From contig OY760907.1 in the NCBI GenBank assembly GCA_963664195.1, positions 3,264,001-3,328,000 of the forward strand: DNA of 64,000 nucleotides, written 5' to 3'. Positions 10,355 to 21,061 of the stretch are shown here, in pieces. Within the stretch, counting starts at the first letter, position 1; each line of letters starts with the position of its first letter. The position numbers and the translations under genes were made by a program. Source of the DNA: an uncultured candidate division Zixibacteria bacterium (GTDB taxonomy: Bacteria > Zixibacteria > MSB-5A5 > GN15 > FEB-12). The notes under the pieces were generated by a model. The model saw nothing but the letters and a program-made list of their open reading frames with translations, was not told where the DNA came from and made no database searches.

Positions 10355-12670
10355 ATGGCCAGACGTAAGAAAAAGAAAATCGAGTTCAATCAGCGACGAA
10401 AACAGATACTGGGCGCATTCATATTCCTTGCAGCCCTGTTGATTCTGATATCGCTCGTTACTCACGGTGAGTTGGACGACGCCCGAATTACCGGTGAAGT
10501 CGACGGACAGCTCGATCCGTTTGAAATCCAGTACCACAACCAGGCGGGTATGCTCGGCGCATACCTTTCATACTCAATGACCGTCATTCTGGGCTGGCTG
10601 GCGTTTTTTATCCCGATAGGCCTGATTCTGATTTCCTTGAGGCTGTTCTCGTCTGAGATGGTCCGCAAACTGGAGATCAACAGCTCCCTTCTGTTTGTGG
10701 TGGCCGTCCTCGGAACGCTAATATACAATGTTCATCAGGTGGCAAATCCGACGGTCGGCTATGAAACCGGCGCCATCGGCGGCTATCTTGTTATCAAACT
10801 TACTGAATTCTCGGTCAAAGTGGTGGGCGAACTGGGCAGTTATCTGGTTGCCAGCGGATTGATACTCATTCTGTTGATGACGTACACCTCGATCACACCC
10901 CTGCTCGCAGTCAGGCTGAAGCTACCGTGGAGAGCTTTCTTCCAGCGAGTGGTGTCGACTCTGGGTGAGGGGTGTCGCAGAGTTTTCTCGTTTGATTGGA
11001 TCATGCCATCGCGGGATGAATCAGACGAAGAAGAAGACACGCGCGAGTACGTGGAACCAACTCGCCGGGCAAACGAATCTGCTCAGATATCGACATCGCC
11101 TGACAAGCCCACGCAGTTCGCCATCGACACGCCCCCGGAAGGCGAAAAGCCTCTGAAGACCGGCAAGACCAAAACTACGATAAAGCGGACATCAGAGCCG
11201 GTGCAGATCAAGTCAATGAATTACACCTATCCCGGCCTTGACCTCATGCAGGACGCAGTGATTTCCGGCAAGCTGGTCACGCCGGAAGAACTTGAAATGA
11301 CCGCCCGGATGCTTAAAGAAACACTTGAAACATTTCAGGTAACTATCCAGGGGGACATAGCAACGTTCCCGGGACCGGTCATCACGCGCTTTGAATTAAA
11401 ACCTGCTGCGGGAGTGAAAATCAATCGCATTGTGGGGCTGGCCGACGATCTCGCACTTGCGCTGAAAGCCAAGCGGATCAGGATTGTTGCCCCGATACCG
11501 GGCAAAGCCGCTGTTGGTGTCGAGATTCCGAACCGCAATCCACAGTCGGTCTACCTAAAGGACATCATCAGTTCTGAAGCGTTCAACAACGGTAAGATGA
11601 TCCTTCCGCTGGCCCTTGGCAAGACCATATCCGGAAAACCGTTCGTGACGGACCTCGCCAGAATGCCACACCTGCTTATAGCGGGTTCCACCGGCTCAGG
11701 CAAGTCTGTCTGCATGAACGCCCTGATTACATCGCTGATCTATAGCTTGCATCCGATGCGGGTCAGGTTCGTGTTTATTGATCCGAAAATGCTTGAGCTA
11801 TCGATTTATAAGGGAATCCCGCATCTTGGCCGCCCCGTTGTGACCAACCCCAAACGGGCCGAAAAGGTGCTCGGGGATATCGTCGTAGAGATGGAGCGCC
11901 GCTACCGCCGTTTGGCTAACGCCTCGGTGAGAAACATTCAGGACTTCAACGACCGTCAGGAAACTGAAGAAGCCAAACTGCCCTATATAGTGGTGTTCGT
12001 CGATGAGTTGGCCGACCTCATGATGTCCGCAACTTCATCCAAGGTTGAGCTGTTGATCACCCGTCTCGCGCAGATGGCCCGCGCGGTCGGGATTCACTTG
12101 ATTCTGGCGACTCAACGGCCTTCGGTCGATGTTATCACCGGACTCATCAAGGCCAACTTCCCCGCCAGAATCGCCTTCCAGGTAGCGTCGAAAGTTGATT
12201 CCCGCACTATTCTCGATCAGAACGGCGCGGAAAAACTCCTCGGCAATGGTGATATGCTCTTCCTCAACAGCGGGCAGCCGGAGCCGGATCGTCTGCACGG
12301 CGCATTCATATCGAGCGAGGAAACGGAAGGACTAGTCTCCTTCATCAAGGAGCAGGGGATAGAGCCGCTGTTGCTCGAGGGTATCAGCCAGTCGGTTGGC
12401 GAAACGACAGAAACGGAGGTTGATCTTGGTGATCCATTGTTCCGTGAGGCATGCGAAGTCGTGATCCGCCACAAACAAGGATCTGTCTCGCTGTTGCAGC
12501 GAAGGCTGGGAATCGGCTACCAACGGGCGGCGAGATTGATTGACAAGCTTGAGCAGGCCGGAGTGGTAACGCCGTTCGACGGCTCCAAGGCGCGCGATGT
12601 TCTGGTAGACAAAAACTTCCTTGAGGCTATGTTTACTGGCGGCGTAAACAAAGTGCCGGACGAATCCTGA
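10355..12670 (+). CDS. ftsK: DNA translocase FtsK
   Basis: N-terminal TM domain, PHLLIAGSTGSGKS Walker A, DELADLMM, ATQRPS, gamma domain LQRRLGIGYQRAARL. Confidence 0.97.
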   Translation: MARRKKKKIEFNQRRKQILGAFIFLAALLILISLVTHGELDDARITGEVDGQLDPFEIQYHNQAGMLGAYLSYSMTVILGWLAFFIPIGLILISLRLFSSEMVRKLEINSSLLFVVAVLGTLIYNVHQVANPTVGYETGAIGGYLVIKLTEFSVKVVGELGSYLVASGLILILLMTYTSITPLLAVRLKLPWRAFFQRVVSTLGEGCRRVFSFDWIMPSRDESDEEEDTREYVEPTRRANESAQISTSPDKPTQFAIDTPPEGEKPLKTGKTKTTIKRTSEPVQIKSMNYTYPGLDLMQDAVISGKLVTPEELEMTARMLKETLETFQVTIQGDIATFPGPVITRFELKPAAGVKINRIVGLADDLALALKAKRIRIVAPIPGKAAVGVEIPNRNPQSVYLKDIISSEAFNNGKMILPLALGKTISGKPFVTDLARMPHLLIAGSTGSGKSVCMNALITSLIYSLHPMRVRFVFIDPKMLELSIYKGIPHLGRPVVTNPKRAEKVLGDIVVEMERRYRRLANASVRNIQDFNDRQETEEAKLPYIVVFVDELADLMMSATSSKVELLITRLAQMARAVGIHLILATQRPSVDVITGLIKANFPARIAFQVASKVDSRTILDQNGAEKLLGNGDMLFLNSGQPEPDRLHGAFISSEETEGLVSFIKEQGIEPLLLEGISQSVGETTETEVDLGDPLFREACEVVIRHKQGSVSLLQRRLGIGYQRAARLIDKLEQAGVVTPFDGSKARDVLVDKNFLEAMFTGGVNKVPDES

Positions 12671-12702
12671 GTAAACCTATAACGGATTCAACCGTATAAC
12701 CC

Positions 12703-13317
12703 ATGATGAATAAACGACTGATTATTACGGGCTTAGCTCTCTGCATGCTGGTAGCCACAGCCACCGGGGCCGGTGACACTTTTGAGAAGATCAAGAAGGA
12801 ACTGGCGGGGGCCGAGTTTTGTCGCATGGAGTTTCTTTCGATTCTCGAATCCGAGGTGTTTCAGTCTGTCGACACAACTCAGGGACACGCTTACTTTGCC
12901 GTTGATGGCCGTTATGTCGTCAAGATCGGGCCGGACACGTATCTATACGACAACGAGACTCTATACAGTTACTCTGAGACTCAGAATCAGGTCACGGTCG
13001 AGCGGCTAGCCCCTTCGCAGGCAAGGCGGGACGATGTTTCTTTTGTGACGCGTCTGGACGACTATTACGAAACGTTTCCGGTGACGCCAAACGCAGAATA
13101 CCGCCTTGTTAAAACGGTACAAGAAGCCGAGAGCATCCCTGACTCACTTCGCCTGTTTGTGAACGGTGAGTCCGGTCAACTTGATCGTATAGAGTTCATT
13201 GACCTGAATGAGGACATCAACCGGATCATTTTCCTTGATGTCACGGTTTCCGATATATGCGATACGGCCATGTTCATTCCCCAGTTCCCGGATTCCGTGG
13301 AGACCATCAGACTCTAA
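12703..13317 (+). CDS. lolA: Outer-membrane lipoprotein carrier LolA-like protein
   Basis: Signal peptide, about 200 aa beta-rich, YSYSETQNQVTV motif, position directly after ftsK. Confidence 0.7.
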   Translation: MMNKRLIITGLALCMLVATATGAGDTFEKIKKELAGAEFCRMEFLSILESEVFQSVDTTQGHAYFAVDGRYVVKIGPDTYLYDNETLYSYSETQNQVTVERLAPSQARRDDVSFVTRLDDYYETFPVTPNAEYRLVKTVQEAESIPDSLRLFVNGESGQLDRIEFIDLNEDINRIIFLDVTVSDICDTAMFIPQFPDSVETIRL

Positions 13318-13321
13318 CGTC

Positions 13322-14659
13322 ATGAAATTTTTCCTGCACAAACTGGGCTGTCCCAAGAACGATGTGGACGGCGACTACATTTCCGCCCGCCTGATTGCTG
13401 AAGGGCACCAACCTGTCGAGGATCCAGACGAGGCCGATTCGATAATCGTCAATACGTGCGGCTTCATCCAGTCGGCCAAGGAGGAGTCAATTGAGGAAAT
13501 CCTCCGTCTGGGTCAGTTGAAGAAGGAGGGCAATCTCAAAACCCTTTACGCCACAGGCTGTCTTACGCAGCGATACGGCGACGAGATGCTGAAAGATATG
13601 CCGGAATTGGACGGTGCATTCGGTCACGGGGCGCTGGATTCGATCGCCAGGGCCGTGTCGGGGAATATCCCGGAGCGCAAAACCGTCAGGATCGAAACGC
13701 GTAAGCTCGGCTTCCTGAGTTGGAAGGATCGCTTCATTGCCGATGGCTACCCGTACTCATATCTCAAGATATCCGACGGTTGTGACCGTGGCTGCACCTA
13801 CTGTGCCATTCCGGGCATGCGGGGGAAATTCCGGAGTCGTCCGGCGGATTCGATCCTTACCGAGGCTGAGTTCCTCGCAAAAAACGGCAAACGGGAGTTG
13901 ATACTCGTATCGCAGGAAGCTACGCTCTGGGGTTATCGTTTGGACCAGAAATCCAACATTGTCGATCTCCTGAGACAACTCGATGAAGTAGACGGTGTGG
14001 ATTGGATACGGCTGATGTACCTGTATCCTTCGCAAGTGAGCCATGATCTGATTGAGTATCTGGCCGCCGACAACAAGACATTGAACTATTTTGACCTGCC
14101 GCTTCAGCATGTGAACACGGAGTTGCTGAAAGCAATGCATAGACCGATTGACCGTCCGAAGACCGACAAGCTGCTTCAGACCATCCGTGAGAAGGCACCC
14201 GGAGCTACCATCAGGACAACGTTCATAGTCGGCTTCCCCGGTGAAACCGACGAGCAATTTGCCGAGTTGATGGATTTTGTCGCTGAGTGGAAGTTTGACC
14301 GCCTCGGTGTGTTCACGTATTCGCCCGAAGAAGGCACTCCTGCGGCTGAATATCCGGATCAAGTGCCGGAGGACGTCAAGGCCGAGCGGATGGACGAAGT
14401 AATGCGCCTGCAGGCCGAGATCGCTTTCGAGAAGAATAACTCCTTGATTGGCAATATAGAGGAAGTTATCATTGACACTGTTGATCCCATCGGATCGGCA
14501 ATAGGTCGAACCCGTGGTGACTGCCCGGAGATTGATCAGGAAGTGTACCTGGCGGCCCCGGGCGATAACGAACCGGGGCATGAGGCGGGGGACTTGTGTC
14601 GGGTGCACATTGACGAAGTAGACGGTTACGACCTTATGGGCACAAGGGTGAGGTCGTAG
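13322..14659 (+). CDS. rimO: Ribosomal protein S12 methylthiotransferase RimO
   Basis: LGCPKNDVD, NTCGFI, radical SAM CDRGCTYC, YLYP, C-terminal TRAM with PEID. Confidence 0.95.
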   Translation: MKFFLHKLGCPKNDVDGDYISARLIAEGHQPVEDPDEADSIIVNTCGFIQSAKEESIEEILRLGQLKKEGNLKTLYATGCLTQRYGDEMLKDMPELDGAFGHGALDSIARAVSGNIPERKTVRIETRKLGFLSWKDRFIADGYPYSYLKISDGCDRGCTYCAIPGMRGKFRSRPADSILTEAEFLAKNGKRELILVSQEATLWGYRLDQKSNIVDLLRQLDEVDGVDWIRLMYLYPSQVSHDLIEYLAADNKTLNYFDLPLQHVNTELLKAMHRPIDRPKTDKLLQTIREKAPGATIRTTFIVGFPGETDEQFAELMDFVAEWKFDRLGVFTYSPEEGTPAAEYPDQVPEDVKAERMDEVMRLQAEIAFEKNNSLIGNIEEVIIDTVDPIGSAIGRTRGDCPEIDQEVYLAAPGDNEPGHEAGDLCRVHIDEVDGYDLMGTRVRS

Positions 14660-14710
14660 AGGACTATCGGACCTGACGGAAACGGAGCAGGGAGCGTTAC
14701 GGAGCAAAGC

Positions 14711-15355
14711 ATGATTCAATACGAGAAACTGGGGATATTCTTATCGAAGCCTATCGCCTTCCTCCTCGTGGTTATTTACCTGGTGCAATCGGGCCTGTTG
14801 GTCTACCTGATCGCCGACAAGTTCGAGCTTGAAGAACAGATAGCTTTCCAACAGAAGCGAATCGGCGAGCTTGAAGAGCGGCTTCAGATTTTCAAGGCAA
14901 TTGACGATTTCCAAATAGGTTTCAACAACGAAGAAGTCGGTCAGTTGACCGATGTCATCTACGACGAGAGCAAGAAATACCAGTATGACCCAATGTTCGT
15001 TCTGGCGGTGATCCTTACCGAGTCCTCATTCAAAAGGGGACAGATTTCGGCCAGCGGCGCCCGCGGCCTGATGCAGGTCATTCCCTACGTGGGAGAGGAT
15101 GTCGCTACGCGTGCGGGAGTCGACTGGACGGGGACAGAGACGTTATACGAGCCGGAAGCTAACATCAAGGTGGGTACACTCCACTTGTTTGAGCAGATTC
15201 TGAAATTCGGTGATGTCAAGAAGGCGCTCGTGGCCTATAACATGGGGGAGACAAGGCTCCGCTCACTCATGCGGAAAAACCAGCCTCTACCGAAACGTTA
15301 CCTCAATCGAGTTGTAGAATACTACAATATGCTCAAGGAGAATTATCAGGTTTGA
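14711..15355 (+). CDS. Membrane-anchored lytic transglycosylase (SLT domain)
   Basis: N-terminal TM and coiled coil, then ES (ILTESSF), GARGLMQ and AYNMG motifs. Confidence 0.9.
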   Translation: MIQYEKLGIFLSKPIAFLLVVIYLVQSGLLVYLIADKFELEEQIAFQQKRIGELEERLQIFKAIDDFQIGFNNEEVGQLTDVIYDESKKYQYDPMFVLAVILTESSFKRGQISASGARGLMQVIPYVGEDVATRAGVDWTGTETLYEPEANIKVGTLHLFEQILKFGDVKKALVAYNMGETRLRSLMRKNQPLPKRYLNRVVEYYNMLKENYQV

Positions 15356-16293
15356 CCTCACGAACTGCCAGAACCACCACGCTGTTGATTGTAGCGTTTT
15401 CGCTTGTCGCAAGTTTCTGGGGATGCGGCGGTCCCCCAAAAGTCGCCGGTCTTTCCGCACGTCAGCTCTATGATCAAGGCATGGACAAGTATGACCATGG
15501 AAAGTACTTGCATTCGATAGAGCTGTTTCAGGCCATAGTGTACAATTATCCGGGTGAATCGTTAATCGACACCGCCCAGTATTATCTGGCCCTGTCGTAC
15601 TACGGCAACAAGGATTACGGACTGGCCACCATTGAGTTCAACCGGTTGTTGATGAACTATCCGGCATCCGTATATGCGACTCAGGCGCAATTAATGAAGG
15701 GTGTTGCTTATTTTGAGAGTATCCCGGACAACTTCGGTCTCGACCAGAGCGACCTGCCGCAGGCCATTCAGCAATTCGAAGATTTCCTGATTGATCATCC
15801 CGAGTCGGATGCGGTTGAAGACGCCAAAGCGTATCTGAACACTGCTCGCTCCCGTCTCGCGCAGAAATACTATTCATCAGGGATTGTGTACACCCGCATC
15901 CGGGATTATAGGGCCTCCCGCATCTACTTCCAGAAAGTGATTGACGATTTCACCGATACTGAGTACGCCCCACTCGCGGCCTACCAGATTGCGGAGGGTG
16001 ACTTCCAATCAAAGAAGTGGGATGATGCCCACGATGAATTCGACAAGTTCAGCCTCGTTTTCTCCCAGCACGAAATGGCCCCAAAGGCTATCGAGCGCAA
16101 GTGTGAGGCTGCTTACAAGGGAGGCGAGGAGGCATTCAAAAAGGGTGACTTCGGTCTCGCCAAGACGCGTCTGGACCGCTACCTGCTCGTGTGCGGAGAC
16201 GATGAAGGCAAAGTCAAAAAGGCCAACGAATGGCTCGAACTAATTGGTGACGTTCCGGTGGTTGAGGCTGAGGGAGAACATGCCGGCTCCTGA
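15352..16293 (+). CDS. bamD: Outer membrane assembly lipoprotein BamD
   Basis: Lipobox FWGC, TPR repeats, LDQSD..QAI..F..F...HP.S pattern, LAQKYY. Confidence 0.88.
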   Translation: MTSRTARTTTLLIVAFSLVASFWGCGGPPKVAGLSARQLYDQGMDKYDHGKYLHSIELFQAIVYNYPGESLIDTAQYYLALSYYGNKDYGLATIEFNRLLMNYPASVYATQAQLMKGVAYFESIPDNFGLDQSDLPQAIQQFEDFLIDHPESDAVEDAKAYLNTARSRLAQKYYSSGIVYTRIRDYRASRIYFQKVIDDFTDTEYAPLAAYQIAEGDFQSKKWDDAHDEFDKFSLVFSQHEMAPKAIERKCEAAYKGGEEAFKKGDFGLAKTRLDRYLLVCGDDEGKVKKANEWLELIGDVPVVEAEGEHAGS

Positions 16294-16888
16294 ACCGGGC
16301 CAGCGCTGGGGGATTCTGGGAGGCGTTTTTGATCCCGTCCATCGCGGCCATGTCAGTTTGGCTGAGGATATCTCGAAAGGACGCCGTCTCGACGGCGTTC
16401 TTTTTGTGCCATCCTACCGCCCCCCCCACAGACTGGAGGAGAGCCGGGCACCGTTTGAGGATCGTCTAAGCATGCTGCGATTGGCTCTCGCGGACCATCC
16501 GCGATTCATCACCAGCACAATTGAGCAGGAATCCGACGAACCTGGCTACACCTACAATACGGTCAGGGCTTTGAAACAACGTCACCCCGGCGTGGCATTC
16601 TCTTTTCTGATCGGGGCAGACAACGCGGAGAGCTTCAGGACCTGGTACAAATGGGAGAAGATTCTTGAAGAAGTTGTCCTGCTGGTGGGGTACCGACCGG
16701 GAGCGGATGTTCAGGCAGTGAAGTCGTTTCCGTCCGGGCGAATGGAATTAGTTGAGACGGGAGAATACGATCTCTCCTCCACCAGGATTCGCGAATGTGT
16801 TCTTCAGGGCGTGTCGGCGCGCGACTTGAAAGTTATGGTACCGGATGACGTGGCGGAGTACATTCTGAAAAACGAGTTATACCGATGA
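16280..16888 (+). CDS. nadD: Nicotinate-nucleotide adenylyltransferase
   Basis: GGVFDPVHRGH, PPH, YTYNT, LIGADN, LSSTRIR. Confidence 0.95.
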   Translation: MPAPEPGQRWGILGGVFDPVHRGHVSLAEDISKGRRLDGVLFVPSYRPPHRLEESRAPFEDRLSMLRLALADHPRFITSTIEQESDEPGYTYNTVRALKQRHPGVAFSFLIGADNAESFRTWYKWEKILEEVVLLVGYRPGADVQAVKSFPSGRMELVETGEYDLSSTRIRECVLQGVSARDLKVMVPDDVAEYILKNELYR

Positions 16889-19614
16889 CTGAAAAGAAAA
16901 AACGGATATTCCTGATAGATGGCTCGGCAGTGTTCTACCGGGCCTACTTTGCTTTCATTCGTAACCCCCTGATCAACTCCAAGGGAGAGAACACGTCGGC
17001 CACTTACGGTCTGATCAATTCGCTGGCGAAGATCATCAGGGACGAATCTCCGGACTATCTGGCGATTGCTTTTGACACCAAAGCTCCGACCTTCCGACAT
17101 GAGATGTACAACGAGTACAAGTCCACTCGGGCCAAAATGCCGGAGGATCTCGTATCGCAATTGCCGCGCATTCATCAGGCGGTTGAAGTCCTGAATATCC
17201 CGTCCTTTGAGATGGAAGGCTACGAAGCGGATGATATTATCGGGACAATGGCCAAGGCGGCCGAGCGACAGGGATTCGAGGTCTGGTGTGTGACCGGCGA
17301 TAAGGACTATTTCCAACTGGTTAGTGAGAATATCGGTGTGTACTATCCGAAAAAGGTCTCGGAAGCCCCCGACAAGATGAAGCGAGAAGAGGTCAAGACG
17401 AAATTCGGCGTCTACCCCGAACTGGTGATCGACAAACTGGCCCTCATGGGGGATGCCTCGGATAACGTTCCCGGCGTACCGGGCGTGGGAGCCAAAACCG
17501 CCGACAAGTTGCTTGAGCAGTTTGGTTCACTCGAAGCCGTTCTGGAGAACTGCGACAAGATCAAAGCTAAAGGGGTGCGGGACAAAGTATCGAACAATAT
17601 CGAGCAGGCACGGCTGTCCAAGAAACTCGTGACAATTAAAACGGACGTGCCGGTCGAGTATGATCTCGAATCTCTCAAACGCCATCAACCGGAATTCGAG
17701 CCAGTCAAGAAACTCTTTGTGGAAATGGAGTTCACGCGGCTGATGAAAGAGTTTCTGCCGGAACCGGGATTGCTCGGAGGCTCGAAGGAAGAGACGGCTC
17801 CCAAGAAGACGAAGCAGTTCTATCATACTGTCACAACGCTGGACGAATTGAAAAAGCTCTGCGACGCCTTCAGCAAAGTCAAGGAGATCGCAGTCGACAC
17901 CGAGACAACTTCGATCAACACCCTGGAGGCTGAACTTGTCGGCGTGTCGCTGGCTGACCGCGCTCATACCGCGTACTACATCCCCCTGGGGCACTCAGGT
18001 GAGGGGGAAGAGAATCTTCCGTTTGACGATGCACTCAAGATCATCGGCAAGCTGCTTACGAACAAAAACGTCCAGAAAATCGGACAGAACATCAAGTACG
18101 ATCTGGAAGTCTTCCACCGCTACGGTCTTGATATTGAGCCGATTTCGTTTGACACGATGCTGGCCTCGTACGTACTAAACCCGTCGGGCCGTCGGCACTC
18201 GCTTGATGCTCTTGCGATGGAGCATTTCGACTACCAGATGCAGCCCATATCCGATTTGATAGGAAGTGGCAAATCGCAGAAGACATTTGATATCGTTCCG
18301 GTCAAGACGGCGACTTTCTACGCGGCCGAGGATGCCGACCTCACGTTTCAGTTGCGCGGAAAACAAGCTCCGTCGCTGGCAGAGCTGGAGCTTGAGAATC
18401 TCTACTACAACATAGAGCTGCCGCTGATCAAAGTGCTGGCGGATATGGAAGAGGCTGGAATCAAAGTAGATCACAAGTTCCTCGCCAAACTCTCAGGCAC
18501 AATGGACAAGAGCCTCCAGAAGATCATGCTGGAGATATACAAGATTGCAGGCGGCGAGTTTAATATCAACTCCACTCAGCAGTTGTCACATATCCTGTTT
18601 GAGAAGCTTGGACTCCCAACCAGGGGCAAAACGAAGAAAAAGACCGGCTACTCAACTGATGTCCGTGTGCTCGAAGAACTCGCGAGTCTTCACGATCTGC
18701 CGAAGATGATTCTTGAATACCGACAGTTGACCAAACTCAAGAGCACCTATATCGATGCCATCCCGCGCCTGATAAATCCCGAAACCGGGCGGGTGCATAC
18801 GTCGTTTAATCAGACGATAGCTGCCACGGGACGGTTGTCGTCGACCGATCCGAATCTTCAGAACATACCGATACGCACCGAAGAAGGGCGTCAGATCAGG
18901 AAAGCGTTTGTCCCGCGCGACAGCAACCACGTTCTGCTTGCGGCTGACTACTCGCAGATTGAGCTTCGCATTCTGGCGCATTATTCTGGCGACAAGGGAC
19001 TCGTGAGTGCCTTCAAAAACGCAGAGGATATCCATAGTCGCACGGCGGCAGAGGTGTTTGGGGTTGACCTCAAAGACGTCACTCGCGAACAACGAGGCGT
19101 GGCTAAGACAACAAATTTCTCTGTCATATACGGCGTGTCGGCGTTTGGGCTGTCACAGCAGACGGGAATGAAAGTAGACGAAGCAGGCAAGTTCATCGAC
19201 ACTTATTTCGCGCGCTATCCCGGTATCAAAACGTACATGGATGAGACACTTGAATTCGCTCGCAAGAACGGCTATGTCACGACTATGTTCAACCGTCGAC
19301 GGTACCTGCCTGAAATCAACGAGAAGAACCGCAATGTCCGTCAGTTCGCCGAAAGAACCGCGATCAACACACCGATTCAGGGGACGGCGGCGGACATCAT
19401 CAAAAAGGCGATGATCGACATTCATAAAAAGATGAAGAACATGCGCTCAAAGATGGTTCTTCAAGTGCACGACGAGCTGGTGTTCGACGTCCATAAGGAG
19501 GAACTCGAAGAGATGCAGGAGTTGGTCCGTTCGGGTATGGAGAAGGCGGTCAAGCTGAAGGTGCCGGTGGTGGCAGATATGGCAATCGGCGCCAACTGGC
19601 TGGAGGCGAAGTAA
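16885..19614 (+). CDS. polA: DNA polymerase I
   Basis: 5'-3' exonuclease (LIDGS, EADD), 3'-5' exonuclease (DTET, NIKYD), polymerase motifs TGRLSS, DYSQIELR, QVHDEL. Confidence 0.99.
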   Translation: MTEKKKRIFLIDGSAVFYRAYFAFIRNPLINSKGENTSATYGLINSLAKIIRDESPDYLAIAFDTKAPTFRHEMYNEYKSTRAKMPEDLVSQLPRIHQAVEVLNIPSFEMEGYEADDIIGTMAKAAERQGFEVWCVTGDKDYFQLVSENIGVYYPKKVSEAPDKMKREEVKTKFGVYPELVIDKLALMGDASDNVPGVPGVGAKTADKLLEQFGSLEAVLENCDKIKAKGVRDKVSNNIEQARLSKKLVTIKTDVPVEYDLESLKRHQPEFEPVKKLFVEMEFTRLMKEFLPEPGLLGGSKEETAPKKTKQFYHTVTTLDELKKLCDAFSKVKEIAVDTETTSINTLEAELVGVSLADRAHTAYYIPLGHSGEGEENLPFDDALKIIGKLLTNKNVQKIGQNIKYDLEVFHRYGLDIEPISFDTMLASYVLNPSGRRHSLDALAMEHFDYQMQPISDLIGSGKSQKTFDIVPVKTATFYAAEDADLTFQLRGKQAPSLAELELENLYYNIELPLIKVLADMEEAGIKVDHKFLAKLSGTMDKSLQKIMLEIYKIAGGEFNINSTQQLSHILFEKLGLPTRGKTKKKTGYSTDVRVLEELASLHDLPKMILEYRQLTKLKSTYIDAIPRLINPETGRVHTSFNQTIAATGRLSSTDPNLQNIPIRTEEGRQIRKAFVPRDSNHVLLAADYSQIELRILAHYSGDKGLVSAFKNAEDIHSRTAAEVFGVDLKDVTREQRGVAKTTNFSVIYGVSAFGLSQQTGMKVDEAGKFIDTYFARYPGIKTYMDETLEFARKNGYVTTMFNRRRYLPEINEKNRNVRQFAERTAINTPIQGTAADIIKKAMIDIHKKMKNMRSKMVLQVHDELVFDVHKEELEEMQELVRSGMEKAVKLKVPVVADMAIGANWLEAK

Positions 19615-19701
19615 GGGGAGGTGCTCGTGCACGGCTTGTGCTTGCATCGGGAGGCAGTCAGTGGTAATATAGGGGAGACACACGAAGGGGAGATGTGTGG
19701 C

Positions 19702-20343
19702 ATGAGACAGGTCATTGGTCTTGCAGTTCTATTTGCCGCTATCGTCTGTTGCGGCACGAGCGCTCTTGCAGGTGAGGTTGTCTTCAAAGACCTCAAGGGC
19801 CGGACATTCACAGAGCCGCGCCAACAGATCGGGTTCAGTGTCGGATATCGTACGGACGAACGTTCTTACACCAGTTCTAATCCTCAGTTCACTCTGCAGT
19901 TTCTACATTTCCTTGCACCTGCTCTGGCTCTGAAAGCCGACCTGGGATTCACGGACCGGACGAAGTTCGGCGACGGTTCGCACGCCCGATCGTACTCCTA
20001 CGGAGCGGGCTTCCGATTTCAGCGACCAGAGAAACTGATTACTCCGTGGGGTGAACTTGGACTGGTCATCCATACATACCAGGCATCTTCCGTTGGGAAC
20101 AGTTCTTCCTACAGCAGAACCGGCGTTCTGGGCAGAGCAGGTTTCTCCTTCAGGCTGAGCAATAACTCTCAAATCGACCTGGGCGCGGAACATGTACTCA
20201 ATAGTACATCCGATTACACGCTCGCGGATAGCGGCCCTATGCCTCCGGCTCCCGGACACCTGCCCTGCTGCGGGACATCAGCAGTGTCTGACAAGCTATT
20301 CAACCCGACTCACGTTTTCGTACGCTATCGATTCGGATTATGA
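19702..20343 (+). CDS. Outer-membrane beta-barrel protein (8-strand type)
   Basis: Signal peptide, alternating aromatic beta-strands, ends VRYRFGL; start 19693 or 19702. Confidence 0.65.
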   Translation: MRQVIGLAVLFAAIVCCGTSALAGEVVFKDLKGRTFTEPRQQIGFSVGYRTDERSYTSSNPQFTLQFLHFLAPALALKADLGFTDRTKFGDGSHARSYSYGAGFRFQRPEKLITPWGELGLVIHTYQASSVGNSSSYSRTGVLGRAGFSFRLSNNSQIDLGAEHVLNSTSDYTLADSGPMPPAPGHLPCCGTSAVSDKLFNPTHVFVRYRFGL

Positions 20344-20422
20344 GCCGACAGAACGGCAACCGGACAGTATTTGACAACGTATATATTTATGGACTAAACG
20401 ATAACTGCCGGAGTGCAAGACA

Positions 20423-21061
20423 ATGAGACACTTGGTGATGCTAGTTCTTTTCATGTTACCACTCAGCGGCTATGCCGGGGTGGAACGGGTAGAGATTTCA
20501 CCTTCGGTGATGGTTAATCTTGCTGAAGGGCACTCCGGCACGTTTATGGGAGGAGCGTTGACCGGCGACGTATTTTTCGCGCGCGGCGTGGCGATCCGGA
20601 CCACAATCGGACTCACAAAGTCACGATACTATCCGGCCGAACTGGATTACAACGAGGCGGACTACGGCTTCTGGCTGTCGTTTGCGCCGTATATTGAGAT
20701 GTTCTCCGGCGAGCGCGTCAGGCCCTATCTGGCGGTGCTCGGAACGTTCAGTACGAGCGGAGAGTATGCGGGCAATCCGGGCGCTCCTGCATTTGGGCTA
20801 GATCGAGCACCCGTTTCACGTCTGCAATATGACGCGAGGGATCAATCGTTCTATTCGCTTGGATTGAGTCTCGGCAGCAAGTTTCAGGTAGTCGGCCCCG
20901 TATCTGTCTTCGGCGAGTTCACGCATTACTTCTTTTCGAGTATCTCCGACGATGTGGTCTATTTCGGGCCGGAACTCGGCCCCTTTGGGAGAGAGTACGA
21001 TTTCGAGCACAACCCGACTTATTTGTCGTTTGGGCTATCGTATTCTTTCGAGATACAGTAG
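20423..21061 (+). CDS. Outer-membrane beta-barrel protein (8-strand type)
   Basis: Signal peptide, RVRPYL strand, ends FGLSYSFEIQ. Confidence 0.68.
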   Translation: MRHLVMLVLFMLPLSGYAGVERVEISPSVMVNLAEGHSGTFMGGALTGDVFFARGVAIRTTIGLTKSRYYPAELDYNEADYGFWLSFAPYIEMFSGERVRPYLAVLGTFSTSGEYAGNPGAPAFGLDRAPVSRLQYDARDQSFYSLGLSLGSKFQVVGPVSVFGEFTHYFFSSISDDVVYFGPELGPFGREYDFEHNPTYLSFGLSYSFEIQ

